Of a stretch of DNA of 64,000 nucleotides, positions 1 through 9,925 are shown piece after piece (position 1 is the first letter of the stretch; the number at the start of each line of letters is the position of its first letter). The notes beneath the pieces were generated by a model that saw nothing but the letters and a program-made list of their open reading frames with translations, did not search any database and had not been told where the DNA came from. Source of the stretch: an uncultured bacterium (GTDB lineage Bacteria > Verrucomicrobiota > Kiritimatiellia > CAIKKV01 > CAITUY01); assembly GCA_903958395.1 (NCBI GenBank), contig CAJBSZ010000384.1:3156-67155 (forward strand), in the 5' to 3' direction. Made by a program: the position numbers and the translations under genes.

Positions 1-3
1 GCG

Positions 4-693
4 GTGCAACTTGATTTGTGGGGTGGCGCTGAAGATCAGTTCCTTGACCTGAACGAGGCCGAGGAAATACTCCGGCAGTTGCGCAAGGATGATCCCGCTG
101 AATTTGAACGGGTCGCGAATTTGCGGGATGGTATCAGGACCGCGCGCGGCGATATTGACCGTGGCATGTTTGTGTTCTGCCAGGCGGGCCGGTTCCAGCA
201 ACTGTTTCAGTTGAATGAAAAGGGCGAGATTATTTCAAGAGATGTGCCTAAGGTGCTGGGGCGGGTAAAGTGTTCGCCTGAAGCGAAGGCTGCACCGCTA
301 CCTGCCGATTACAATCATGCCGTGATGGCTGTTCAGAGTCAGTTTGCCGAGGAAGTTCGGCATCGGGAGGCGGAGCGGTCCCATGTGTTCAACCTGACCC
401 ACGGTCAACTCTATGTCATGCGGGAATTGAGACTTCTCTTTGATTTATCAAAGGACGAGGAGGTTAGGCGGCAGGTCAACATCCTGGAGAAGGCCTTCCG
501 CGGCAGTCTGACGGGGGCGGTCAAGAAGGAGCTGAACCAGTTGCGGCGGAACGGTGTCACCGGCGAATCCCTCCTGAAATCATTGATCCAGATTTATAAC
601 CAGCATGCCCTCAAGGATGCCGGAGGTCGGCGAACTCTGGATAGCGATGAATCAATCGTCCCCCGCATCATCTGTAGTGAGGGTTTTGTTTAA
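4..693 (+). CDS. C-terminal fragment of a larger protein (5' end outside window); function unknown, charged and helical, possibly a helicase-associated C-terminal domain
   Basis: ORF is open from the window edge with no start codon; no motif I can assign; ends convergent with the next gene. Confidence 0.35.
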   Translation: MQLDLWGGAEDQFLDLNEAEEILRQLRKDDPAEFERVANLRDGIRTARGDIDRGMFVFCQAGRFQQLFQLNEKGEIISRDVPKVLGRVKCSPEAKAAPLPADYNHAVMAVQSQFAEEVRHREAERSHVFNLTHGQLYVMRELRLLFDLSKDEEVRRQVNILEKAFRGSLTGAVKKELNQLRRNGVTGESLLKSLIQIYNQHALKDAGGRRTLDSDESIVPRIICSEGFV

Positions 694-1601
694 GGCGTCA
701 GCATAGCCGCGGCCAGGATGCCGGCTGCTTCGGTGGCCGGGCAATGAAGTTTGAGGGCGACGTTCCGGTCGTCGCGGGAGATTTCGCTTAAGCTGGCCAA
801 TTTGGCGAGGGGGCTGTCGCTGTCGCTCAGGTTTGCGGCGACGATGAGGCCGTTCAGAACCTGGTGAATCTGGAGGGCGGAATCGGATGAAATAGCCTTG
901 AGCAGGATCGTGCCGTCCACCATTCCCGACTTTTCGAAAAGCTGCAGGGTCGCGGTGTCGGTGCTTTTCAGGATCATGGCCTTGATGGGGTCTGTGTTGG
1001 AGCCTGCGTAACCCTTGGTTACGGCGGTGAAGAAGGCGCCATCCCGGACGGTTTGCATGGGGAGGACAACCGCCCGGCCTGTTGCGAGGCTCGGCTTGGC
1101 ACCACCGAGTGTGGCGGTGGCGTCGAGAATCGAGCTTTCGTCCGAGGCCAGGATCAGCAGGCGTGTGGTGTAAAAGCAGGCCCAGAGCGGGCGTCCTGTG
1201 GATTTATCCATCCAGGTTTGAAGGTTCAGTTTTCCGTAGGTTTTGGTCGCGTACTTCGGATAGGTGCTGAACTGCTGGGTGATGGTTTTGGAATTGAGCG
1301 ACCCGCTGATCAAGGCGGTTCCCCGGTTTCCTGTGACCTCACGACCATACAAGGTAATGGCGGTCAGATCTTTCAAAGGATCCACCCCCAGCAGGGTGCG
1401 ATAATGATTCAGCAGGGTTTGGAACGATTTGGCTCCGTTCCTGCCGTTCACCAGGAGCCGGCAGGTTTGTGACGGGGCAAACTGCTCCATGTCCAGGTGG
1501 ATTACCCATTTAGAATCCCCCGCAACCTGAGTCTTTGGCAGGGGAGCCGCCTGAAGGCTCAAGCCCGCTACCAGAATCAGGGTGATGAGGGCCGTTTTCA
1601 T
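690..1601 (-). CDS. secreted hypothetical protein (N-terminal signal peptide)
   Basis: 303 aa; N-terminus MKTALITLILVAGLSLQAAP is typical of a Sec signal peptide; no recognisable catalytic motif. Confidence 0.5.
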   Translation of the reverse strand: MKTALITLILVAGLSLQAAPLPKTQVAGDSKWVIHLDMEQFAPSQTCRLLVNGRNGAKSFQTLLNHYRTLLGVDPLKDLTAITLYGREVTGNRGTALISGSLNSKTITQQFSTYPKYATKTYGKLNLQTWMDKSTGRPLWACFYTTRLLILASDESSILDATATLGGAKPSLATGRAVVLPMQTVRDGAFFTAVTKGYAGSNTDPIKAMILKSTDTATLQLFEKSGMVDGTILLKAISSDSALQIHQVLNGLIVAANLSDSDSPLAKLASLSEISRDDRNVALKLHCPATEAAGILAAAMLTP

Positions 1602-1603
1602 GG

Positions 1604-4600
1604 TTACATCCCGGGATTCATAATGGGGAAATCGCCCATGGCTGATTTTTTTGCCGGGGGGACGAGTGCCTTGAAGGGCTCGGCCTCGCGCAGGGGCGCG
1701 AACCGGGGATCCTCGCGAAGCAGGCTTCGGGCGACTTCGCCTCCCACTTCAATGGCCCGTTTCATCGAGGCAAAAGCCTCCTGCGGCTTGTTGAGGATCA
1801 ATTGGGTGTAGGCAAGGTCAATCCAGCTTTTGAAGGCGTTGGGGTCGCGGGCCAGGTATTTTTGAAGAGCATACACGCGCAGATCCCATCGTTTGTTGGC
1901 CTCAAAAAACTTTGAGACAGCCAGGCAGGCTTCCGGCGGCAGGGTAGGGCTATCCACCAGGCTACGGGTCAGGCCCTGGAACTGTCCCTCCATTCCCAGC
2001 TTCAAGTAGACTCCAGCGAGTTCCATGGCGCGTCCGAAATCGAGTTTGCCCTTGCCCATTTCCACTTCGAGTTCCTTGCGGCGGGCATTGTCCTGGGTGG
2101 AGCCCCGGATGGCGGACAGGAAGTTTGCCGCATTCCGATTGTAGGGATCCAGAACCAGGTATTCCTCCATGACTTTTCCCGCCTCTTCAAAACGCTGCTG
2201 ACGCATGTAGAGATCGGAAAGGCGGAAGCAGGCCTCCGGACTTTCGGGGCAGAGTTCGCGCGATTGCTTGAACGCGTATTCGGCTTCGCCGATCATTCCC
2301 CGTGCGGCGTAAAGCCCGGCAATGGCTGAACGCATCTTGGAGAAAGATTTTTTGGCGTCCGAGTTACGGCGGAATTCCTCGCGAGCCAGGAATTCTTTGG
2401 TCAGCTTATCCCAGTAGGTGCGGTCGCGCGCCACAATCTCGTTCCAGAGTTTGGGGTTTTCCTGGGGCGAGGGAACGGGATCCTTCTCGATTTTCATGAT
2501 CACGCCGAAGGGGGTCAAGAAGCCGTACATCCAGGGGATGACATAGCTTTCCTCGATGTAGAACGAATGCTTGTCCTTGTTTTTGTCGAAAATCCAGCGG
2601 GCCAGGATGCCGTTGATGGTCATCACGCCACCGACGCCCTGGACGCTGACGCGTCCGTTCTCGATCTTGATGTCGGCGCTGGCGGGGATCTTGCCGGTCT
2701 GCACATCGCGCACGTATTCCTGGAATGCCCGGTTGTTGTCCTCGCCGCTGGGGATGTAGATCGGCTGGATCGGATAGGTGTGGTCGCGATGCAGCAGTTT
2801 CTGGAACGGGCCGTCATTTTTTGGCCGCGAATAGTCGTAATGATCGCGGATATAACTCATGTAGGTGTTGTCGGCCAACGCGTTCTGAGTGATGATATAC
2901 ACATCCGACCGGTCGAAATCCTTGTCGCGGAAGCGATCCTTGGGTGCCACGCGGCTTTCGCAGAAGATCATGTAGGTGGGCACAAAACGGCCCGGATCGG
3001 TGCCGCCATAGAGCACGGCGTCCTTCTCCATGTCGGGATACCCATTGCCCGGCTTGAACATCAGGTAGCCGAAGAGATAGCCGAAATCATGTCCGCGCAG
3101 ATTGCAGAGCGAGAGGTTTTGTTTCCAGGTGACCAGGGGGATGGCCAGAAGGGCGATGCAGGCGAGGCGGACAATCCAGCCGCCCAGGACTTTCTTTTTC
3201 CAGGCCAGGATGCTGAAGAGCACCGCGATGCCGTAGCTGATGAGCATGGCGTAGAATCCGTGGGCGGGGGCAAAGAACTTGATGTTGATCTCCTGGTCCT
3301 GCCGGTCCAATTTCGGGTTGATGATCGACAGGAGGCCCAGGCTGGAGATCAGGAAGGCGACCCAGACGAACATCATCCAGGAGCGTCCGCGGGGCTTGAC
3401 CCGTGTCCAGAAGTACAGGATGACGACCGGGGTGACCAGGCCCAGCAGAGTCAGGGGAAGAGAGTACTGGTTGACCAGCGCCTCGATGAAGAGTTTGATC
3501 TTGAGAAAGAATTCCTGGCTGAAAAAGTTAGCGGTATTGATTTTTTCGTACTGGCCGCGCGTCACGGCGTGGACAAAACCTTCTTTGGTTGCGGCATATC
3601 CCCAATTCATGGGCGGATTGGTCCAGGCGGCAAGGGGCATATAAATGTAGACCGAGACGCCGGCCATGAACATGCCTGCTGCCGTCATGGCACGGCGGGT
3701 TTCCCACCAGGTTGTCCGCGAGGCGATAATCAGTCCGGCGATGCCCAGCACTCCCGAGGCGATGCCCTGCCAGAAGGTGGCGCTGGCTGTCATGGCATTG
3801 GTATTGGGGGTGGTCAGCCAGGCCCAGATGATCAGTCCGACCATGATGCTCAGCAATCCGGCGATCCCCAGTTCCGCGAAACTCGACTGGGTTCGCATAA
3901 ACAGGCTGAACTTGTTCTGGGTGGAAGGTTTTCCCTTCAGGGTGGCCAGGAATTGATCGAGACCAACCAGGAAGACGCCGACGCCGAAGGGAATGGCCAT
4001 GACGGCGATGGTCTGGTGGTTGGAAAGGCTCAGGCCGAAAATGAGCAGCATGACATACAGGAATCCGCGGCGATGGGGTTGAACCATCCAGGCGAAGAAG
4101 ATGCAACTGGTGAGAATGAAGGAAAAGACGTTGAGCACACGCATTTCTGAAACACAGGCCCAGAGCCAGACGCCCCGGTTGAAGCCGAAGAGCAGGGCGC
4201 ATGCCGCGCCAATGAATAGGGCCATCCAGTGCTGGAGTTTTTCGTCAAGTGAATCGCTCCAGGGCAGGGAATGCAGGAGCAGTCGAAGGCTCCGGGTCAT
4301 GATGATGGTCATCACCCCGACGGTTAAGGCTCCGGTGACGACCGAGAGTAAGCCCATGCGCCAGGCGGGATTGCCGAAGGGGACGATGAAATGGCTCCAG
4401 AGATAGCCCATAAGCGCCCAGAGCGGGTAGCCGGGAGGATGGGGAACCCCGAAGGAGAAGGCGCCGGTCACCAGCTCACCGGAGTCCTGCAGGGTGACTT
4501 CAGGGGCCATGTAGTAGAAGAAGGCCAATCCCGAAACCAGGGTGGTGATCAGTGCCGCCAACCAGTCCTCTGGCTTGAAGAAATGCCGGAGGCTTTCGGT

Positions 4601-4675
4601 CGGTTCTGCCGAGCAATCCATGGACAAATCGACGGGACTAGTGTTTTTTAACGCGTCATTGGTATTCGATGCCAT
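1604..4675 (-). CDS. DUF2723-family polytopic membrane protein with C-terminal TPR repeats (PMT/GT39-like glycosyltransferase fold)
   Basis: 1023 aa; N-terminal ~600 aa has many TM helices and a YGGTDPGRF-type motif; C-terminal ~350 aa is TPR-like. Confidence 0.6.
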   Translation of the reverse strand: MASNTNDALKNTSPVDLSMDCSAEPTESLRHFFKPEDWLAALITTLVSGLAFFYYMAPEVTLQDSGELVTGAFSFGVPHPPGYPLWALMGYLWSHFIVPFGNPAWRMGLLSVVTGALTVGVMTIIMTRSLRLLLHSLPWSDSLDEKLQHWMALFIGAACALLFGFNRGVWLWACVSEMRVLNVFSFILTSCIFFAWMVQPHRRGFLYVMLLIFGLSLSNHQTIAVMAIPFGVGVFLVGLDQFLATLKGKPSTQNKFSLFMRTQSSFAELGIAGLLSIMVGLIIWAWLTTPNTNAMTASATFWQGIASGVLGIAGLIIASRTTWWETRRAMTAAGMFMAGVSVYIYMPLAAWTNPPMNWGYAATKEGFVHAVTRGQYEKINTANFFSQEFFLKIKLFIEALVNQYSLPLTLLGLVTPVVILYFWTRVKPRGRSWMMFVWVAFLISSLGLLSIINPKLDRQDQEINIKFFAPAHGFYAMLISYGIAVLFSILAWKKKVLGGWIVRLACIALLAIPLVTWKQNLSLCNLRGHDFGYLFGYLMFKPGNGYPDMEKDAVLYGGTDPGRFVPTYMIFCESRVAPKDRFRDKDFDRSDVYIITQNALADNTYMSYIRDHYDYSRPKNDGPFQKLLHRDHTYPIQPIYIPSGEDNNRAFQEYVRDVQTGKIPASADIKIENGRVSVQGVGGVMTINGILARWIFDKNKDKHSFYIEESYVIPWMYGFLTPFGVIMKIEKDPVPSPQENPKLWNEIVARDRTYWDKLTKEFLAREEFRRNSDAKKSFSKMRSAIAGLYAARGMIGEAEYAFKQSRELCPESPEACFRLSDLYMRQQRFEEAGKVMEEYLVLDPYNRNAANFLSAIRGSTQDNARRKELEVEMGKGKLDFGRAMELAGVYLKLGMEGQFQGLTRSLVDSPTLPPEACLAVSKFFEANKRWDLRVYALQKYLARDPNAFKSWIDLAYTQLILNKPQEAFASMKRAIEVGGEVARSLLREDPRFAPLREAEPFKALVPPAKKSAMGDFPIMNPGM

Positions 4676-4768
4676 CAGAATCCTCTTCCTTCAAATGGGT
4701 GACAATCAAACATGAACTTCCAAATCTAGCAGATGAGGTTGAATTTGACGATACTTTATGAAGGGGGC

Positions 4769-4805
4769 AAAAAAAATACGGAAACCAGTCTTTCGACTGA
4801 TTTCC
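4769..4805 (-). terminator. rho-independent terminator downstream of the RRM-protein gene
   Basis: On the minus strand, hairpin GGAAATCAGTC-GAAA-GACTGGTTTCC (10/11 bp) followed by TATTTTTTTT. Confidence 0.6.
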
Positions 4806-4831
4806 GCATCAGGAATTAACCTTGTGGAGGA

Positions 4832-5245
4832 CTACCGACGTCCACCGCCGCCGCCGCCGAAACCGCCACGGCTACCGCCGCCACGATCTCCGCCGGGGCC
4901 GCCGCGTCCGCCGCGATCACCGCCACGTCCGCCGCCGCCGAAGCCGCCACGGTCGCCGCCGCCGAAGCCGCCACCACCACCACCGCCAACACGCGGGGCC
5001 GGAGGACGCGCTTCGTTCACGGTCATGGCGCGACCTTCCAGGTCCTGGCCGTTCGTGGCCGCAATGGCCGCTGCTGCTTCCGCATCGGTGCTCATCTCGA
5101 CAAAGCCGAAGCCCTTGCCGCGACCGGTCATCCGGTCAATGATCACGTCCGCCGATTCCACCTTGCCGTACGCGGAAAACAACTGTGAAAGTGTTTCGCT
5201 CGTAACGCCGTAGCTCAGGTTGCCAACATACAGTTTCTTACCCAT
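4832..5245 (-). CDS. RNA-binding protein with one RRM domain and a glycine/arginine-rich (RGG) tail
   Basis: RNP1-like KGFGFVEM and RNP2-like LYVGNL motifs; C-terminal GGGFGGGDRGG repeats; GAGGAG RBS upstream. The overlapping + strand proline-rich ORF 4758..5213 is its mirror artefact. Confidence 0.85.
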   Translation of the reverse strand: MGKKLYVGNLSYGVTSETLSQLFSAYGKVESADVIIDRMTGRGKGFGFVEMSTDAEAAAAIAATNGQDLEGRAMTVNEARPPAPRVGGGGGGGFGGGDRGGFGGGGRGGDRGGRGGPGGDRGGGSRGGFGGGGGGRR

Positions 5246-5521
5246 CTTCGATCTCCTCTTTTTGAGGACTAACGGATCCGTTCTTTTGCTTTCTGGCTCC
5301 TATGGAAAGGGGTTCAACTCGAACCCATTTAAGGAGGATGATCGAAATATGTCGGGCTCCCTGATTGCTTTCGCAACACTGGCCGGCTCCTTCGACTACC
5401 AACTTACGCGGCTAGGATACTGTTTTCCTTGCGAAAAGTGCAATACTTATGATGTTTGAGTCACGCGAAGAATTCTCACCCCTGAATCGATTCAGATGGC
5501 GTTGTCTGGGTTCAGGCGGCC

Positions 5522-6661
5522 TTATCTTTTTATAGATTTCGTGATCTGATACCCGCGCCGGTGCAGGATTTCGGCATTTCCGAAAAGGGATTGCATCAAT
5601 TCGGCATTACGGGTGGCGTTTTTGGCCACAATATAGGCGCGGCCCCCGGGTTTCAGGGTTTGGAAGGCGGTGCGGATAAAGAAGTCTGATATTTTATCGT
5701 GTGAATAGTAGGGGGGATTGCCGACAAACAGGGTGAACCGGTTTTCATCGGAAAGTCCTTCGTCGCTTAAGATCACCCTAAACCGGGTCAACCCGTTGGC
5801 TTTGCAATTTTCCTCTGTTATGGCCGTGGCCCGGGAATGGGAGTCGATGAAGACCACTTCGGCGCTTGGCTGGTTGACCGCCAGCGAGATCCCGACGCTT
5901 CCGCACCCGCAGCCCAGGTCGAGGATGATGTCGCCCGGTAGTGTGGCGGCGGTCTCGGCGAGCGCCTGGGCACCTTCATCCACGCGGCGATGTGCAAACA
6001 CGCCCGGTCGAGTCGCCAGGAGTGCCCCCCGGCCATTCGGGATGGTCATGGTGAATTCAGCCCGGTAGTCGCGGGTTTTCTTCAAGTCCTGTTTCTTCCG
6101 GCTGATGAGCAGGGTGGAGGTCTGGTCGCTTCCGCGAAGGGAGCAGGTTCCAAAGGATTTTTTCATGTGTTCCATGAGCCAGGGAATTTTCTCTTCGGCC
6201 GTCACCAGACAGGCCCCGCCCCTTTTCAAGGCCTGGTGGGCTTGTTGAAGTTGATCCAGGATCAATTCGTCGGACAGGGATCCTTTCGAAATCTGGAGAC
6301 AGACCGCATCGAAGTGATCCCGTTCAGGGATGTCCGGCTCGCAGCGGGCGGTGACCGAGGTGAAGGGATTCCGGGCGAGGTTCCGTTCAATGGCGTGATG
6401 ATGATACAGATCCAGCGAGGAGGCGATCACCTTGAGTTCCGGGTGGACGCGGCTGGCGATCATGCCCAGGACCCCCGTTCGATTCCCGAGGACCAGTAGG
6501 GAGGCGGGCGCGGGGGAAAGCGGCAGCGCCTTGATGAGATGGGTCTCGGTGGGATGCAGTCCCGAGCGCGAAATAACATCGTACCGGCTTTCGAGAAAGG
6601 TCTCTGAAATCGAGGCGAAGGCATCCAATGGGTCGGTTATCCTGATAATCATGGCGCGCAT
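5522..6661 (-). CDS. class I SAM-dependent rRNA (guanine-N2) methyltransferase, RsmC/RlmG family
   Basis: Two-domain architecture; C-terminal MTase has LDLGCGCGSVG (SAM-binding GxGxG) and a GNPPYY (NPPY) motif. Confidence 0.65.
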   Translation of the reverse strand: MRAMIIRITDPLDAFASISETFLESRYDVISRSGLHPTETHLIKALPLSPAPASLLVLGNRTGVLGMIASRVHPELKVIASSLDLYHHHAIERNLARNPFTSVTARCEPDIPERDHFDAVCLQISKGSLSDELILDQLQQAHQALKRGGACLVTAEEKIPWLMEHMKKSFGTCSLRGSDQTSTLLISRKKQDLKKTRDYRAEFTMTIPNGRGALLATRPGVFAHRRVDEGAQALAETAATLPGDIILDLGCGCGSVGISLAVNQPSAEVVFIDSHSRATAITEENCKANGLTRFRVILSDEGLSDENRFTLFVGNPPYYSHDKISDFFIRTAFQTLKPGGRAYIVAKNATRNAELMQSLFGNAEILHRRGYQITKSIKR

Positions 6662-6724
6662 TATAATGCGGCCTCCGGTGGTGCGCTATTGTTTTCCGCC
6701 ACGCCTGTGTGTAGTCTAGCCGAC

Positions 6725-7486
6725 ATGACGAACGAACCAGAAATTGTCTATGGACGCCAGCCGGTCTGCGAGTTGCTCAAGGCGGGCCGGCGTGAGGTGA
6801 AGCGATTGTTGATGGCGAACAATGTGCGGCAGTCGGCTGCCGCCATTGTGCAATTCCTTAAATTAGCCGAAAAACGAGGACTGGCAGTCCAACCCGTGGC
6901 TCTATTTGAATTAGATCGGATGTGCCGGAGCGGCAATCACCAGGGAATCGCCGCCGTGGTGGCGGATTATCCCTATGCGGAGTTGTCCGACATTCTGGAG
7001 GGCGCGTTTGAGCGCAAATTGCCGCCTCTGCTTCTATTGGTGGATCATGTCCAGGATCCGCAAAACCTGGGCTCCATGCTCCGGTCGGCGGATGCCGCCG
7101 GCGTTAATGGGGTTGTGATTCCGCGTCATCGTGCCGCCTCGGTGACCCCGGCGGTGGTGCGAGCCTCGGCCGGGGCGGCCGAGCATGTTCAGGTGGCGCA
7201 GGTCGTAAACCTGCATCAGGCCATGCTGGCGCTGAAGGAGCAGGGGGTCCGGCTGGTCGGTCTGGAGGGTTCCAGCACCGCCACCCCTTACGAGGAGGCT
7301 GATTTGACCGGGCCCATCGGCGTGGTGGTGGGGAGCGAGGAGGAAGGGCTTGGCAAGCTGATCCGGGAGACCTGCGATGCCGTAATCCGGCTGCCCATGC
7401 GAGGGCGGGTGGGCTCGTTAAACGCCGCCGTCGCCGCCGCGATCGCCTTGTTTGAAGTCCGGCGGTGCCAGGTGGCCGGGGCCTGA
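6725..7486 (+). CDS. rlmB: 23S rRNA (guanosine-2'-O)-methyltransferase RlmB (SpoU/TrmH family)
   Basis: IVYGRQPVCELL N-terminal substrate-binding domain plus a SpoU MTase core (GSEEEGL, LPMRGRVGSLNAAVAAAIALFE); start moved to the second in-frame Met. Confidence 0.8.
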   Translation: MTNEPEIVYGRQPVCELLKAGRREVKRLLMANNVRQSAAAIVQFLKLAEKRGLAVQPVALFELDRMCRSGNHQGIAAVVADYPYAELSDILEGAFERKLPPLLLLVDHVQDPQNLGSMLRSADAAGVNGVVIPRHRAASVTPAVVRASAGAAEHVQVAQVVNLHQAMLALKEQGVRLVGLEGSSTATPYEEADLTGPIGVVVGSEEEGLGKLIRETCDAVIRLPMRGRVGSLNAAVAAAIALFEVRRCQVAGA

Positions 7487-7580
7487 GACCGGCCTGCGGT
7501 TGGCGCGAAGTCTTTTGTTGAGGAGGAGCCCGCGTGGTGGCATACTGCCCACCCATTTCAACCCGGAATAAGGATGTTTC

Positions 7581-8441
7581 ATGAATAAAATATTGGACAG
7601 GACACAGTTGTCTGACGACGTTTATATGATGCGCCTGGACGCCCCGTATATTGCCCGTGAGCGGTTGCCCGGACAGTTCGTCATTCTCCAGCTCGACAAT
7701 GAGTTCGGCGAGCGGATACCCCTGACCATCGCGGATGCCGATCCCCTTGAAGGCTCCATTACCATCATCTTTCAGGCGGTCGGAAAAACGACTCATAATC
7801 TGGCTGACAAGCAGGTCGGCGAATCCGTCCAGAGCGTTCTCGGCCCGCTCGGTCAGCCAACCCACATTGAGAAATTCGGGACGGTGGTTTGTGTCGGAGG
7901 CGGTATCGGGGTGGCCCCCCTGCATCCGATTGTCAAGGGGATGAAGGCCGCCGGGAACCGGATCATTGTGATCGTGGGTGCCCGGACGAAGGGCCTGGTG
8001 ATCATGGAGGAGCAGATGCGCGCCCTGGCCGATGAGTTCATCATTTGCACCGATGATGGATCCCTGGGGCGCAAGGCGCTGGTAACGGAACCCCTGAAGG
8101 AGGTTTGCGGCCGGATCCCGAAGCCCGACATGGTGGTGGCGATCGGGCCGCCAATCATGATGAAATTCTGTGCGGAGGCGACTCGTCCTTTTGGAGTCCA
8201 CACCCTGGTGTCGTTGAATACCATTATGATTGACGGTACCGGGATGTGCGGCGGTTGCCGGGTGACGGTCGGTGGGCAGACGAAATTTGTCTGTGTGGAT
8301 GGCCCTGAGTTCGATGGGCACCAGGTGGACTTTGACAACATGATGCAGCGTTTGAAGGCCTACCGGAAACATGAGGATCACGCCCATAAACAATGTCATT
8401 TGGATGCTGAACTTCGCTCCAAGGAGAGTATTACCCCATGA
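7581..8441 (+). CDS. nfnA: NfnA/SudB-like ferredoxin-NADP+ reductase small subunit (FAD-binding plus C-terminal 2Fe-2S)
   Basis: PyrK-like fold motifs (RLPGQF, GGGIGVAPL) and C-terminal GMCGGCRV cysteine cluster; translationally coupled to the next gene. Confidence 0.75.
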   Translation: MNKILDRTQLSDDVYMMRLDAPYIARERLPGQFVILQLDNEFGERIPLTIADADPLEGSITIIFQAVGKTTHNLADKQVGESVQSVLGPLGQPTHIEKFGTVVCVGGGIGVAPLHPIVKGMKAAGNRIIVIVGARTKGLVIMEEQMRALADEFIICTDDGSLGRKALVTEPLKEVCGRIPKPDMVVAIGPPIMMKFCAEATRPFGVHTLVSLNTIMIDGTGMCGGCRVTVGGQTKFVCVDGPEFDGHQVDFDNMMQRLKAYRKHEDHAHKQCHLDAELRSKESITP

Positions 8442-9925
8442 GCCACTCATCCCCTGAAGCCCTGGCGGCACAAGCCTGTCAGGAACTGGACGATTTGTTG
8501 AAGCGGACGACGCCCCTGACACCCAAGGAGCGTATTGCCATCACCGCCCAGGAGATGCCCACCCAGGATCCCGCCATCCGGCGGCGGAATGTCCAGGAAG
8601 TGGCTTTGGGGTACACGCCCGAGCAGGCGCGATTGGAGTCCCTGCGCTGTCTGCAATGCCGGAATGCCCCCTGTGTGCAGGGATGTCCGGTCCGGATTGA
8701 CATTCCCGGATTTCTAAAGGCGGCGGCGGACGGGGATTTTCAAGGTGCCTCCACGATTATCAGGAAGAACAGCCTGTTGCCGGCAGTATGCGGCCGGGTG
8801 TGTCCGCAGGAAACCCAGTGCCAGGAGCATTGTACTGTGGGGAAGGCCCTGAAAAGCGTGGATAAGGCGGTTTCCATCGGGCGGGTCGAGCGGTTTGTCG
8901 CTGACCTTGAGCGGGAGACGGGTGGAGCCGTGGCGCCGACGATCAAGCCGGCGACCGGAAAAAAGGTGGCGGTGATCGGTACCGGGCCGGCCAGCATTAC
9001 GGTGGCGGCGGATGTGCGGCGCGAGGGACATCAGGTGGTGATGTTTGAAGCCTTCCACAAGCCCGGAGGCGTCCTGGTGTACGGGATTCCTGAATTCCGG
9101 CTGCCCAAGGCGATTGTGCAGAAGGAAATTGATGCGTTGACAGGAATGGGTGTGGAGCTCAAAACAAACTTTGTCATCGGGCGCACTCGAAAGTTGAAGG
9201 CCCTGATCGAGGAGGATGGGTTTGACGCCGTGTTCATCGGAACCGGGGCCGGGCTGCCCAAGTTCATGAATATCGAGGGGGAAAACCTGGTCGGTGTTTT
9301 TTCAGCCAATGAGTACCTGACCCGGGCGAACCTGATGAAGGCCTATGACTTTGATCGGTCCGACACCCCGATTTCGCGGCCCGGTCGGGTGGCGGTGCTG
9401 GGCGGCGGCAATGTGGCCATGGACGCGGCGCGGACCGCGGTGCGCCTCGGGGCGGAGGAAGTGCATATCATCTACCGGCGTACGGAAGTTGAAATGCCGG
9501 CCCGAATCGAGGAACTTGCGCATGCCAAGGAGGAGGGGGTGATCTTCCACCTGCTTGAAAACGCCAAGCGCCTGATTGGGGATAAGGACGGCTGCGTCAC
9601 GGCGCTGGAATGTCTTCGGTACGAACTGGGCGAGCCGGATGCCTCCGGCAGGCGGCGGCCGGTGGAAGTCAAGGGAAGCGAATTTATCCGCGAGATCGAT
9701 GCGGTGATCGTGGCAATCGGAAATGATTCCAATCCGCTGATTCCCCGCACGACCGACGGGCTGCAGACGACTAAGTGGGGCAACATCATTGTGGATGAAA
9801 CCGGGAAGACGTCGATTGACCGGGTCTATGCCGGCGGGGATATTGTCCTGGGCGCGGCCACGGTTATCCTAGCGATGGGCGAGGGACGTCGCGCGGCGGC
9901 TTCCATTAATGAGCGCTTAAAATAA
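8438..9925 (+). CDS. nfnB: NfnB/GltD-like NADPH-dependent oxidoreductase (glutamate synthase small-subunit homolog)
   Basis: N-terminal CLQCRNAPC...CPVRIDIPGF and CGRVCPQETQCQEHC iron-sulfur motifs, then two Rossmann dinucleotide sites (KVAVIGTGPA, RVAVLGGGNVAMD). Confidence 0.75.
   Translation: MSHSSPEALAAQACQELDDLLKRTTPLTPKERIAITAQEMPTQDPAIRRRNVQEVALGYTPEQARLESLRCLQCRNAPCVQGCPVRIDIPGFLKAAADGDFQGASTIIRKNSLLPAVCGRVCPQETQCQEHCTVGKALKSVDKAVSIGRVERFVADLERETGGAVAPTIKPATGKKVAVIGTGPASITVAADVRREGHQVVMFEAFHKPGGVLVYGIPEFRLPKAIVQKEIDALTGMGVELKTNFVIGRTRKLKALIEEDGFDAVFIGTGAGLPKFMNIEGENLVGVFSANEYLTRANLMKAYDFDRSDTPISRPGRVAVLGGGNVAMDAARTAVRLGAEEVHIIYRRTEVEMPARIEELAHAKEEGVIFHLLENAKRLIGDKDGCVTALECLRYELGEPDASGRRRPVEVKGSEFIREIDAVIVAIGNDSNPLIPRTTDGLQTTKWGNIIVDETGKTSIDRVYAGGDIVLGAATVILAMGEGRRAAASINERLK

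Noticed and set aside
2567-4150. 527-aa ORF on the + strand
   Set aside because: Antisense to the DUF2723/TPR gene. Low-complexity Gly/Asp/Ala composition typical of high-GC shadow ORFs, with no motifs.
4758-5213. Proline-rich 151-aa ORF (PPPPKPPR...)
   Set aside because: Reverse-complement reading of the GGN-rich tail of the RRM protein gene. The minus-strand gene has RNP motifs and an RBS.
7104-8522. 472-aa minus-strand ORF
   Set aside because: Opposite the nfnA/nfnB genes, Arg/Pro-rich with no motifs. GC-driven artefact.
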